From: Bdellovibrionales bacterium | GTDB lineage: Bacteria > Bdellovibrionota > Bdellovibrionia > Bdellovibrionales > UBA840 | DNA: 35,403 nt | Direction of reading: 5' to 3' | Assembly: GCA_037969075.1 (NCBI GenBank) | Contig: JBBKWS010000174.1 | Location: 1 to 35,403 of the forward strand | Shown: positions 1 to 8,964 of the stretch, piece after piece | Layout of the letters: every line of letters starts with the position of its first letter | Position numbering within the stretch: the first letter of the stretch is position 1 | The notes under the pieces: generated by a model | The model's database searches: none | What the model saw: the letters and a program-made list of their open reading frames with translations, nothing else | What the model was told of the DNA's origin: nothing | Made by a program: the position numbers and the translations under genes

Positions 1-2
1 TC

Positions 3-230
3 TTTTTATTTGCGTTCTCTTATTTACTACAAATCTATTGGTTCAACACAGGTAATACTTTAGCAAGCCTACTCCCACTGCTTACGCTGCCATTGGCGAT
101 TCATATTTTTATGTTTCTATTAAAAAACAGCCCATCAAACAAATTTAATTCTTATCTCGCAAAGGCATCATTACTTTATATATTATTTGGTGCCTTCTTT
201 ATTATAGGTATTTTATGGCCCATCCTATAG
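3..230 (+). CDS. menA: 3' end of 1,4-dihydroxy-2-naphthoate prenyltransferase (partial, runs off the window start)
   Basis: Not in the ORF track. Frame 3 is open from the window edge to TAG at 228-230 and reads FLFAFSYLLQIYW...LLPLLTLPLAIHIF...FNSYLAKASLLYILFGAFFIIGILWPIL*. This is a hydrophobic UbiA-like C-terminus that overlaps the menC start. Confidence 0.65.
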   Translation, partial: FLFAFSYLLQIYWFNTGNTLASLLPLLTLPLAIHIFMFLLKNSPSNKFNSYLAKASLLYILFGAFFIIGILWPIL

Positions 231-1093
231 AATATTCGACTTATACTTTAAAAGCAAAGCGGCCATTAAATCGATTTGGAAATCAGGAAGTAACAGGCAC
301 TCTATTAAAAGTTCACTTTGATAAAATTGGCTACGGATATTCGTCTCTGCAAACTTGGACGGAGCTCGGTGACGCTAGTTTAGAAGTTGAACTTGCAGCG
401 TTAAAAAATAAGACCCCACTACTCCTTGGCGCAAAGGCTCTGCAATTTGCAAAAACAGATGCTACTGCTAGAGCAAAAAATGAATGTTTGTACAATCATT
501 TAGATATTCAAAATCACTACTCTTTAGGTACAGTTGATAAAATAGAAATTCCCTCGGCATTCCAATGTATTAAAATAAAACTCGATGAAAACTTTAAAAA
601 CACTCTTAAAAAAAATGAATGGCTTAAAAACTACAAACTGCGAATAGATTTTAACCTTGCTTTAGTTAAAAGCACAGAAGAAAGTCTACTCGCAAGCCTA
701 AAACTATTTAATATAGATTACATCGAAGACCTTGGATTTTCTACTAACTCGGTCCTGCAATTTTTAGATCAACATAAGACTAAAGACTGCAATGCTGTGA
801 TTAAACCTGCAAAAGAAAGTGCATCTGAAAATTACTCACGCGTCGTCTTTACTTCTTACATGGATCACCCTGTAAACCAAGTGCATGCAGCTATCATTGC
901 TAATAACTTTTATAAAAAATATCCTAATAAAAAAGAGGTCTGTGGTCTAAGGTCAGACCTTGCCTTTTTTGACAATCCGTACTTTGATTACTTTTGTGCT
1001 GATACAACCGCCATTCAGCTACAAGCAGACGGAAACGGCATTGGATTTACCTCATTATTGGAGCAAGAATCATGGAAAACATTAATTGGTTAG
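215..1093 (+). CDS. menC: o-succinylbenzoate synthase (divergent enolase-superfamily protein)
   Basis: KIKL (KxK), RIDFN, YIED and VIKP motifs; lies between menA and menE. Confidence 0.75.
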   Translation: MAHPIEYSTYTLKAKRPLNRFGNQEVTGTLLKVHFDKIGYGYSSLQTWTELGDASLEVELAALKNKTPLLLGAKALQFAKTDATARAKNECLYNHLDIQNHYSLGTVDKIEIPSAFQCIKIKLDENFKNTLKKNEWLKNYKLRIDFNLALVKSTEESLLASLKLFNIDYIEDLGFSTNSVLQFLDQHKTKDCNAVIKPAKESASENYSRVVFTSYMDHPVNQVHAAIIANNFYKKYPNKKEVCGLRSDLAFFDNPYFDYFCADTTAIQLQADGNGIGFTSLLEQESWKTLIG

Positions 1094-2208
1094 ACGATAA
1101 AAACCATTTAATTTTAAATAATAAGTTATCAGATGAACAAGTCAGCCAATGGACAGAGGCTTATGAATTTGCCATAAAAAATAAAAAAACAACGGCAAGT
1201 ATTTTTTTACTAACTTCTGGCACCAGCGGTAGTCAAAAACTAGTATGCCTTAGCAAGAATGCCATTTTGGCAAATGCAAAGGCTGTTAATACACATTTAG
1301 GCGTAAACACAGGCGATCGTTGGCTTAACACACTTCCATCACACCACATCGGCGGCTTAAGTATTTACGCAAGAGCTTTTTTATCAGAATCAAAAGTGGA
1401 TGTATTAGAATTTTGGGATCCAACCATCTATTATCAATCACTGAAAACCTCCTTTATCTGTTTTTCATCATTAGTCCCTACGCAAGTGTATGATCTTTTA
1501 GAACTAGAAGAAATGAGCCCTAAAAATATGCGGACAATTATTGTTGGTGGATCACGTCTGGCTCCTAACCTATATGAAAAGGCGAAAAAATTTGAATATC
1601 CGATTGTCAATGCTTTTGGCGCAACTGAATTGGCTTCACAAATCGCCACCTCCAGTATTGATGATCCACGCTTAAAAATATTGTCACATGTCGAGGCTAA
1701 AACAACTGCTGATGATATTTTATTGTTAAAAAGCCCTGCGTTGTTTTCTTACTACGTAAAAACCAATGGCAACCAGTATCAAATCGATCTTCCAAAAATT
1801 GATGGCGGTTTTTTTGTTACTGAAGACCACGTAGAAATTAAAGATGGTTACTTGATTCCAAAAGGTCGAAGCAGCGAATACGTAAAAATTTTAGGAGAAG
1901 CTGTATCCTTAGTTAAAGTAGAAAAAGACCTCGAAAAAAACACTAGCTTTAATTTTTGCATTATAGCTACACCACATGAAAGAAATGGATATTCTCTAGG
2001 CTTAGCCTGCGAATCAAAAGATAAAAAGACCGCCACAGCAGCTGTTGCCAATTGGAATAACACCTGTATTGGCTATGAAAGAATCGCGACTATATATACC
2101 ACCGAAAAGCTTCCTCGAAATGACTTAGGTAAAATTTCTAAAAAAATACTTAATCATGATATTGAGAAAAATAAGCTCTCCAGTCTTCAGGTATTGGAAG
2201 CGGACTAA
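1072..2208 (+). CDS. menE: o-succinylbenzoate-CoA ligase
   Basis: AMP-binding P-loop LLTSGTSG..K, LPSHHIGG, SLVPTQ, FGATE and C-terminal LPRNDLGKI; men cluster context. Confidence 0.85.
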   Translation: MENINWLDDKNHLILNNKLSDEQVSQWTEAYEFAIKNKKTTASIFLLTSGTSGSQKLVCLSKNAILANAKAVNTHLGVNTGDRWLNTLPSHHIGGLSIYARAFLSESKVDVLEFWDPTIYYQSLKTSFICFSSLVPTQVYDLLELEEMSPKNMRTIIVGGSRLAPNLYEKAKKFEYPIVNAFGATELASQIATSSIDDPRLKILSHVEAKTTADDILLLKSPALFSYYVKTNGNQYQIDLPKIDGGFFVTEDHVEIKDGYLIPKGRSSEYVKILGEAVSLVKVEKDLEKNTSFNFCIIATPHERNGYSLGLACESKDKKTATAAVANWNNTCIGYERIATIYTTEKLPRNDLGKISKKILNHDIEKNKLSSLQVLEAD

Positions 2209-2554
2209 GGGATTTTTTACTCATAAATACATGAGTGGTGATCGTAGTAAAATAGCAGACATCATTTTTTATTAATTTAAATATTACTTCAAATGAAGTC
2301 TTGCCGATCTTACTGACCACAAGACTTCCCGTATAAAGACTGCCAGCTAATACTGGCTTTTTAAACTCCACAGAGAAGTGCTTAATAGGTATACCCATAT
2401 CGCTATTAGAAAATACAGAATCCCAAGTCTTCCCTGAGCCTAATAGCCAGGCCTCATAGACTTGGTGGTACACCTCTGTAGATTTGCCAAAAAATAGGAT
2501 TCCTGCGCTATCCAAAAAATGAAAAGGGATATAAAGCTCTTGATCAAATTTCAT
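2150..2554 (-). CDS. 4HBT-family acyl-CoA thioesterase, candidate DHNA-CoA hydrolase
   Basis: DSAGILFFG hot-dog motif, IGKTSF and PLPIPEDW; adjacent to men genes. Confidence 0.75.
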   Translation of the reverse strand: MKFDQELYIPFHFLDSAGILFFGKSTEVYHQVYEAWLLGSGKTWDSVFSNSDMGIPIKHFSVEFKKPVLAGSLYTGSLVVSKIGKTSFEVIFKLIKNDVCYFTTITTHVFMSKKSLSPLPIPEDWRAYFSQYHD

Positions 2555-2648
2555 GGCATAACTTACTTAAAAATAAGACCCGAATCAAAGGCTTTTTCTA
2601 CGCACAACTTGACTTCAAACCGCTTCATTGTCATTTATATAGGACAAA

Positions 2649-3578
2649 ATGTTTAAACCTAGCTTTTATGATAAAAACGACTTTCCAAATCATTTGCCGA
2701 AGCTAAAAGCTTTGTACGGGGATCTATTTGCCGATGGCAAAGGCTTTAGAGCAAAGCTAGTTAAAATGCTCACACCTCACTTAAAGATTAAAGCAGATAC
2801 AGTGGACAGCTTATGTAAAGCCATTGAGTACATTCATAACTCGTCCCTATTACATGATGACCTGATTGACCAATCCCCTCTTAGGCGCGGAAAACAAGCC
2901 GCTTGGTTGAAGTATAGTCCTGATTACGCTGTCCTTGCAGGAGATTATCTGTTAGCAAAAGTTATTCAAATTTTAAGCCGTGACACAAACTTGCAACTAG
3001 TAGGCTACACTTCACAAACCATCATGGATTTATTAGAAGGCGAATGGCTACAAGACACGATCAAAAAAAATCCTCAGATTAACTTTGAAGAAATTGATAG
3101 AATTCATGAGTTAAAAACAGCTTCTTTAAAAAAGTGGTGCTTACGTGCCCCATTTTTTGCCATTGAAAATTTTGACCCTCAATTACATTCTAAATTGGAT
3201 GAACTTGGCAGATTGATGGGACTTTTATTTCAAAGAGCCGATGATCTCTTAGATTACGACATTCGAAACACTGAAGGAAAGGCGATTCTTGGTGATCACA
3301 GCGCTGGTTACATGAATTCTTTTGCCATTTATTTACTTAAAGATGCAAGTCCAAAAAAGCGTGAAGAGTTTTTGCAAAAAAATAGTCTTGCTGAAATTGT
3401 ATCATTTATTGGAAAGCCCGAATTTGCAGCCGCCATTGAAAGCTTTGACATTTTAAATAATGCTCTTATCGAAAAATACCATGTAACATTGGCAGAGATT
3501 AAAACCATACTACCGAAAGATCAAATTAAAATTTGCGATGAACTAACTCCTATTGCTAAACTTCTGTACTGGCGTTAA
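2649..3578 (+). CDS. polyprenyl diphosphate synthase
   Basis: LLHDDLID..RRG, AVLAGDYL, KTASL and ADDLLD motifs. Confidence 0.9.
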   Translation: MFKPSFYDKNDFPNHLPKLKALYGDLFADGKGFRAKLVKMLTPHLKIKADTVDSLCKAIEYIHNSSLLHDDLIDQSPLRRGKQAAWLKYSPDYAVLAGDYLLAKVIQILSRDTNLQLVGYTSQTIMDLLEGEWLQDTIKKNPQINFEEIDRIHELKTASLKKWCLRAPFFAIENFDPQLHSKLDELGRLMGLLFQRADDLLDYDIRNTEGKAILGDHSAGYMNSFAIYLLKDASPKKREEFLQKNSLAEIVSFIGKPEFAAAIESFDILNNALIEKYHVTLAEIKTILPKDQIKICDELTPIAKLLYWR

Positions 3579-3580
3579 AA

Positions 3581-4849
3581 ATGACCAAACCACCAATAAT
3601 TTCATATGCCATAGATTTTGGTACTTCTAACACATTGATCACTGCGGTTAGCAGCACAGGTGTAAGTGAACCTTTACCTATCGAGAAAAACAACAAAGCT
3701 ATTATTAAATCATTACTATTTTTTAATTCGGATGTGGAAGTAAGTTTTGGTGAGGACGCAATTAAAGAATATACAGAAAATAATTTTGACGGAAGATTTA
3801 TAAGATCTATTAAAAAGTTTTTACCCGACGAAAATTTTTTAGGAACTAATATTAATAATCGAAATTTTTCTATTGAATCTTTGATTGGTTCTTTTTTACG
3901 GGACGTTAAAATCAGGGCTGACAAATACACGGGACAACAAGTGGATACGGTTGTAATGGGAAGACCTGCCAGGTTTTCAATGGATCCCAAAAAAGATAAA
4001 TTAGCTGAGGATAGGCTTTACCGAGCGGCTAAGATTGCTGGCTTTAAAGAAATTAGTTTTTTAGCAGAACCACTTGCCGCTGCCTATGACTTTCCTAAAG
4101 ATACAAAGGCCGAAAAAGTTTTTGTTATAGATTTAGGCGCGGGAACTTCTGATTTTTCGGCAGTTAAATTACAACTAAAAAATAACTCTTATGACGTTTT
4201 GGCGATCAATGCCGTTAGTGTTGCCGGTGATGCCTATGACGGCGCACTGATGGACCACTCGATCTCTCCGCACTTTGGAACAAAAGTTCATTACAGGCTC
4301 CCCTTAACTGAGAACACTCTAAAAATGCCAGAAGACATTAGGTACCGCCTGCGCTCACCTGCTGATATCTCTTTTTTAACCAGAAGTGATATTAAGTACT
4401 TTTTAGAAGACATCTATAAAAGTAACCTAAGTGAGAGTGATAAAAAACGAATCGAAGCCTTGCAAATTTTATTAGAAGATAATCTTGCCTATGATATCTA
4501 TTCAAGAATCGAAGCCAGTAAAATTGCTGTTTGTGAAGATGGCGCATCTAGGTTTAAGTATGAGTACCCCGGCATTAGCATAACAGAAGACATCACGCTG
4601 CCCTCCCTAGAGACGTCTACTACTGACGTGAATCAAAAAATCATTACTGCAATGAATGAATGCCTATCGATGGCAGTTATGCAGCCCGCAGAATTCGATC
4701 TTATCGTTTTAACAGGCGGAAGTTGCCGTATCCCGTTTTTAAGCAAACACTTTGAGTCTACTTTTGGTAAAGAAAAACTGCATTACTCTTCTAGTTTCAC
4801 TAGCGTTGTTTCGGGGCTAGGGATTGAAGCGAAAAAAAGGTATTCTTAA
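3581..4849 (+). CDS. YegD-like Hsp70 family protein (no peptide-binding domain)
   Basis: AIDFGTSNT, VVMGRPARF, AEPLAAA, DLGAGTSDFS and LTGGS motifs; 422 aa. Confidence 0.85.
   Translation: MTKPPIISYAIDFGTSNTLITAVSSTGVSEPLPIEKNNKAIIKSLLFFNSDVEVSFGEDAIKEYTENNFDGRFIRSIKKFLPDENFLGTNINNRNFSIESLIGSFLRDVKIRADKYTGQQVDTVVMGRPARFSMDPKKDKLAEDRLYRAAKIAGFKEISFLAEPLAAAYDFPKDTKAEKVFVIDLGAGTSDFSAVKLQLKNNSYDVLAINAVSVAGDAYDGALMDHSISPHFGTKVHYRLPLTENTLKMPEDIRYRLRSPADISFLTRSDIKYFLEDIYKSNLSESDKKRIEALQILLEDNLAYDIYSRIEASKIAVCEDGASRFKYEYPGISITEDITLPSLETSTTDVNQKIITAMNECLSMAVMQPAEFDLIVLTGGSCRIPFLSKHFESTFGKEKLHYSSSFTSVVSGLGIEAKKRYS
4841..4849. repeat. target site duplication, left copy (TATTCTTAA)
   Basis: Identical to 5875-5883 and abuts the left TIR. 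Confidence 0.85.
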
Positions 4850-4878
4850 TAAACTGGCCTACTTTTGTGTTGTTTTCA
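4850..4878. repeat. IS terminal inverted repeat (left, downstream of the transposase)
   Basis: 24/29 match to the reverse complement of 5846-5874. Confidence 0.85.
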
Positions 4879-4920
4879 GATATTGCTAATCATCAAATTC
4901 TGTCCGGATCCCTCATTTTC

Positions 4921-5784
4921 TTAATTTTGTTCTATTAAATACGCATTGTGATAATAAACATATAAATCTAAATGCCTTTGCAGTTCTTCAACTAACTTTG
5001 TCGTACACCAAGTCCTTCTAAACAATCTATTTACATTTGCTCTAAACATTGCACAAGTATGGTTTAATGAAAACAGTGGGTCTCTTCCACCAGCCTTTAA
5101 TTCCCCCTGTCCCGTAACACACCCCCTTCTTCCCTTAAACTGTTTGTATTCGACTTTTTTAAAGTATTTTCTTACTAAAACTGGGTACATAGGACTCTCA
5201 TCACTTTCTATTTTTGTAAGACCAGGGTATTTCTCTTTTATCTCAACGAACACCTCATTCATTATAGCCATTCTTCCATCATGTCGCTTGCCGTACTTTT
5301 TTAATGATTTTTTCACCAGCAAGCCTTTAGAGGGCATTGAGCTCGCGCGAGCCGCTAAAATCTTTCTAGTCTTTTTATCCACTACTATCATAACAGCCAC
5401 TGGCTTTAATTTTGTATGCTCCAGAGTTTCCATATGATCAAACTGGATTTCATCCACACCTTTGAAGTATTGCCCGTTTAGTCTAATCTTTTCTGCTAAA
5501 AACTTAAACTTTCTAACAATTGTAATTCTGTGAACCCTTAGTAACTTTGCAGCCCTTCTTTGTGATACTCCTGAACAGAGTAATTCAAACACTCTTTGAT
5601 TGATCCTTCGTTTATTTTGTCCGTAAAGTTCTGATGTTGTAGCAGAGGAGAAGCTTTTCTTACATTTTAAGCACAGATACCTTTGAATATATTTACTATC
5701 AGATTTTCTTTTAAAAAATCCGGATTTTATACATTGTCCGGAAGAAGATTGATCTGTAGTGCAAGAATAAGGGCATTTCGTCAT
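4921..5784 (-). CDS. IS1-like single-ORF transposase
   Basis: N-terminal Zn ribbon (CPYSC...QRYLCLKC), HTH (GVSQRRAAKLLRVHRITIVRK), and an InsB-like core QFDHMET, ESDESPMY, LNHTCAMFRANVNRLFRRTWCTTK. Confidence 0.85.
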   Translation of the reverse strand: MTKCPYSCTTDQSSSGQCIKSGFFKRKSDSKYIQRYLCLKCKKSFSSATTSELYGQNKRRINQRVFELLCSGVSQRRAAKLLRVHRITIVRKFKFLAEKIRLNGQYFKGVDEIQFDHMETLEHTKLKPVAVMIVVDKKTRKILAARASSMPSKGLLVKKSLKKYGKRHDGRMAIMNEVFVEIKEKYPGLTKIESDESPMYPVLVRKYFKKVEYKQFKGRRGCVTGQGELKAGGRDPLFSLNHTCAMFRANVNRLFRRTWCTTKLVEELQRHLDLYVYYHNAYLIEQN

Positions 5785-5845
5785 ATGACTGAAATCAATT
5801 ACAAAATCTGAGCCAATATTAATAGGTTATCTATTTAAGATATTT

Positions 5846-5874
5846 TGATACCAACATTAAAGTAGGGCAGTTTA
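5846..5874. repeat. IS terminal inverted repeat (right, upstream of the transposase)
   Basis: 24/29 match to the reverse complement of 4850-4878. Confidence 0.85.
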
Positions 5875-5883
5875 TATTCTTAA
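5875..5883. repeat. target site duplication, right copy (TATTCTTAA)
   Basis: Identical to 4841-4849. Confidence 0.85.
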
Positions 5884-7076
5884 AGGAGCTCAGGTTTTAG
5901 AGCTAGAAAGTACATAGACCCATGCACTTTAAGTTGGGTTGCCACAAAGGCAGCATAATCATCTTCACCAAAATATAGATCCGCCCTGGCGGCACCACGA
6001 ATTGCACCACCCGTATCGTGATCCACATAAAATCTAGAAAATTCTACCAATTGGCTAGAGTTAATTTTTTTAGGGCGCTTAGCTTTTACAAAAGTAATTA
6101 ACCCCTTAGATTTATAAATTCTATAGTCAGTTGCGATGGACCTGTTATCTGTTAACGATACAGCGTCGTTACCATGAGGTGGCTCTTCGGCAAACTTAAA
6201 ATATACATAGCTTGGTGTGTAGTCATAGATTTCACGAAGTTTGTTCGGGTTTGAATCTAAGTAATTACGCTGTGACTGGTTACTTAAATTAGTAATATAC
6301 CCCTGATCACGCATGTAGATCGAAATGAATCTAAATGGCTGCTGATTGGTGCCATCATAGTTTAAATATTTTGAATGCTGACGTCCTTGTCCATCTTTAT
6401 ATATAACTTTTCCGCCACCTTGAATATGAAGAAGATATTGATCAAACAAATCCTGCATATACATGGCCTCGTAAGGTGTGCCTTTTAGACGACGATCAAG
6501 GTTAATTTGATTTCTTGTTAAATTTCTTAAGTTTGATTCAATAGGCTTAATATGAATCCCAACATTATAGTCAGATGTTTCTTTCAGAGAAGTTTCAATC
6601 ACTGGCGTATGGTAAGCCGTAAAGAATGTATCGGGAGTTTGGCCGTCTTCAACTGGAGAAAATAAATGAAACTTTTGTTTCAGCTGCAGCTCTAGTTGAT
6701 CAAAGCATTTACTAGCAAGTCTTTCTACTTTTAAGCATGATTTTGTTATTCTTACTTCTTTTAAAAAAGCTTCGAGTGATTTTTTAAAAATAGAATAGTC
6801 ATAAGTTATATGACCTAGGCGAATCGATGAGCCCTTTGTACTACGAGAAAACTTCACTAGCTGCCTATCAATTGCCAGCTCCATTCCTGCAAGATCTAAA
6901 TCATCAGTGACCTTAGGCCATTCACCCATTGTTAAAAGGACTGTCGGTGTCCTTACAACATCGTTATTTGCTAATGGTTTAGCTGGGTCTATAGGTCCGT
7001 TTGAATTAGCTGACTCAGAACATGAGGCTAAAAAAAGTACTACTGCTAGTAGGCACTTGATACGTTTTAATTCCAT
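5880..7076 (-). CDS. mltA: membrane-bound lytic murein transglycosylase A family lipoprotein
   Basis: Lipobox LASC, FTAYHTP, LHIQGGG, PSYVYF, SIATD, and the 3D domain DHDTGGAIRGAARADLYFG. Confidence 0.85.
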   Translation of the reverse strand: MELKRIKCLLAVVLFLASCSESANSNGPIDPAKPLANNDVVRTPTVLLTMGEWPKVTDDLDLAGMELAIDRQLVKFSRSTKGSSIRLGHITYDYSIFKKSLEAFLKEVRITKSCLKVERLASKCFDQLELQLKQKFHLFSPVEDGQTPDTFFTAYHTPVIETSLKETSDYNVGIHIKPIESNLRNLTRNQINLDRRLKGTPYEAMYMQDLFDQYLLHIQGGGKVIYKDGQGRQHSKYLNYDGTNQQPFRFISIYMRDQGYITNLSNQSQRNYLDSNPNKLREIYDYTPSYVYFKFAEEPPHGNDAVSLTDNRSIATDYRIYKSKGLITFVKAKRPKKINSSQLVEFSRFYVDHDTGGAIRGAARADLYFGEDDYAAFVATQLKVHGSMYFLALKPELL

Positions 7077-7104
7077 CCCAGTATTAGTCTATTATGAGGA
7101 TGAA

Positions 7105-7665
7105 TTAGGTTTGCAGGCTTTTATCGACCTTATAAAGAAAACTTAGCCCAAGGTCTAGGGCCATCAATTGCAATTGATGCTCACCAAGGTTCTTAGTGCC
7201 CACAACAGTAAAATGATTTTTATTATAGAACTCTACATTTTTTTCAGTGTCTGAAGTCAAAATATGAAGACTTGCGCACTTAGACTCCATGGCTTTCTCG
7301 CTTAATTCGCGCAAAAGTTTACTCCCTATACCCTTACCAGTTATGCCCGATTTTACATTTATATGGAAATGAACTGGATGCTGCGGATAGTAGTCTTTAA
7401 ATAGTGCGTAGGATTTAAATGGAATAATCGCCATTGCTTTTAGACTATCAGGACACGCGCAAATGTAACCTAAGACTACCCCACTCTCTACCGCGAGAAA
7501 GAACCAATCTGGCCAATTAGAATAGTAGATATCAACCCACTTATTAAAGTAGCTAAGCTGATTCTCTTTATCATAAGTATGGTATTTGGATTGGGCGAGA
7601 AATATTTGAAAGATCTGCTCTTTTAAAGCTAAGTATTCCTCTTTTTTGGGGCTATAAATCAACAT
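7105..7665 (-). CDS. GNAT family N-acetyltransferase
   Basis: HFHINV..ITGKGIGSKLL and NVEFYNKNHF motifs. Start moved from 7743 to the ATG at 7665; the start is uncertain. Confidence 0.75.
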   Translation of the reverse strand: MLIYSPKKEEYLALKEQIFQIFLAQSKYHTYDKENQLSYFNKWVDIYYSNWPDWFFLAVESGVVLGYICACPDSLKAMAIIPFKSYALFKDYYPQHPVHFHINVKSGITGKGIGSKLLRELSEKAMESKCASLHILTSDTEKNVEFYNKNHFTVVGTKNLGEHQLQLMALDLGLSFLYKVDKSLQT

Positions 7666-7815
7666 ACCAAATATTATGAATCGAATTTCACCTGCCCGCA
7701 CGAAGTTTTTAGTCCATAAGCAATATAGGCCGCTAAAAACCACTTGTAAAAATTACCTTCTTCTTCCTGCTCCGCATAAAGTATGTTAAAACACTGGTAA
7801 ATTAAGGATCGGTCT

Positions 7816-8964
7816 ATGAAAACTTTTGCTTTTATTGCTTTATTACTAAGTTCTGCAAGTCTAGTTGGATTAAATTTTTCCAACGATTTTGACAAGGATC
7901 TACAAAAGACTCTTGCCGCCATTAAAAATGCAGATAGCCTCGAGGCACTCAACAACAGTCCCGATAGCCCTAACAATCTTTTTCATAATCTTTCCGAGAT
8001 AAAGGCCTTAGACCAAACAAGCTTGTGCGAATCCCTAGAGGGTTTAAAAAACAATGACCTAGCTCTTTTAGAGAATTCGCTAAGTGAGCATAAAGAATCT
8101 CTGAAACTAGATTGTTTCGAAACAATTACTAAACGAATTAATAGATTTCATGCTGTACAATCTAGGGTATTTTATCAAGCCGTAGAAAAAGACAACGTCT
8201 TTTTAAAACAACAAGATAAAAAAACTAAATCTATGGCTTGGTCCCCATTTAATCAGATCAACTCTATCGGCCCAAAACAAACATACTTTTTTAAAGGCAC
8301 AACGGCTGTAAAAAAAGGCTCTGTAATCTACCAAAAGGATCTTGTCACTGGCAGCAGCGATATTAATACATTACAATTAGCACACGGTGAAATTGTATTA
8401 ACCTTTGACGATGGACCACACCCTAGTCGCACCCAATTAATCGCAGACACTTTAGATAGACACCAAGTTAAAGCTATATTTTTTGCGGTTGGCAAAAATG
8501 CCAGAGCAATGCCTGCAGTGATTAAAAATGTTCTTAGTAGAGACAACGTGTATGGCTCCCACTCTGATACCCATCAACAGCTAACTAAAATCTCTCAAGC
8601 AGCAGCTCAAACAGAAATTAGACAAGGGCATCTAAGTGTAGTTGCAGCTGCAAATAGCGAAGACAGTGGTTTTTTTCGTTTTCCATATGGCGCTAGAAAT
8701 ACCGATTTAGCCGCATTTGTAAAAAACAATACTCTATCATCATTTTACTGGAACATGGATTCATTAGACTGGAAATATTCTGATAATATAGTTCTATACA
8801 ACCAAATTGTTAAAGAAATTAACCGCCAACAACGCGGAGTTATTTTATTCCACGATATACACCAACAAACAGTAACAGTATTAGATCAGGTATTAGAAAA
8901 ACTTTATGAGGCTGGCTACAGTATACGATTAGCTGTTCCTAGCGAATGGATAGAGGCAAGATGA
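7816..8964 (+). CDS. exported polysaccharide/peptidoglycan deacetylase (CE4/NodB)
   Basis: Signal peptide; LTFDDGP, HSDTH, FFRFPYG, DSLDW and ILFHD motifs. Confidence 0.88.
   Translation: MKTFAFIALLLSSASLVGLNFSNDFDKDLQKTLAAIKNADSLEALNNSPDSPNNLFHNLSEIKALDQTSLCESLEGLKNNDLALLENSLSEHKESLKLDCFETITKRINRFHAVQSRVFYQAVEKDNVFLKQQDKKTKSMAWSPFNQINSIGPKQTYFFKGTTAVKKGSVIYQKDLVTGSSDINTLQLAHGEIVLTFDDGPHPSRTQLIADTLDRHQVKAIFFAVGKNARAMPAVIKNVLSRDNVYGSHSDTHQQLTKISQAAAQTEIRQGHLSVVAAANSEDSGFFRFPYGARNTDLAAFVKNNTLSSFYWNMDSLDWKYSDNIVLYNQIVKEINRQQRGVILFHDIHQQTVTVLDQVLEKLYEAGYSIRLAVPSEWIEAR

Larger units (their letters stand above)
4850..5874 (-). mobile_element. complete IS1/IS1595-like insertion sequence, 1025 bp
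   Basis: The left end TAAACTGGCCTACTTTTGTGTTGTTTTCA and the reverse complement of the right end TAAACTGCCCTACTTTAATGTTGGTATCA match at 24/29. The element is flanked by the direct repeat TATTCTTAA (4841-4849 and 5875-5883) and holds one transposase ORF. Confidence 0.9.

Noticed and set aside
4879..4920. Guide-like ncRNA in the IS ends (IS110/IS200-605 style)
   Set aside because: The non-coding ends are only about 70-90 bp including TIRs, and the element has classical TIR/TSD architecture with no TnpB, IscB or DEDD recombinase.
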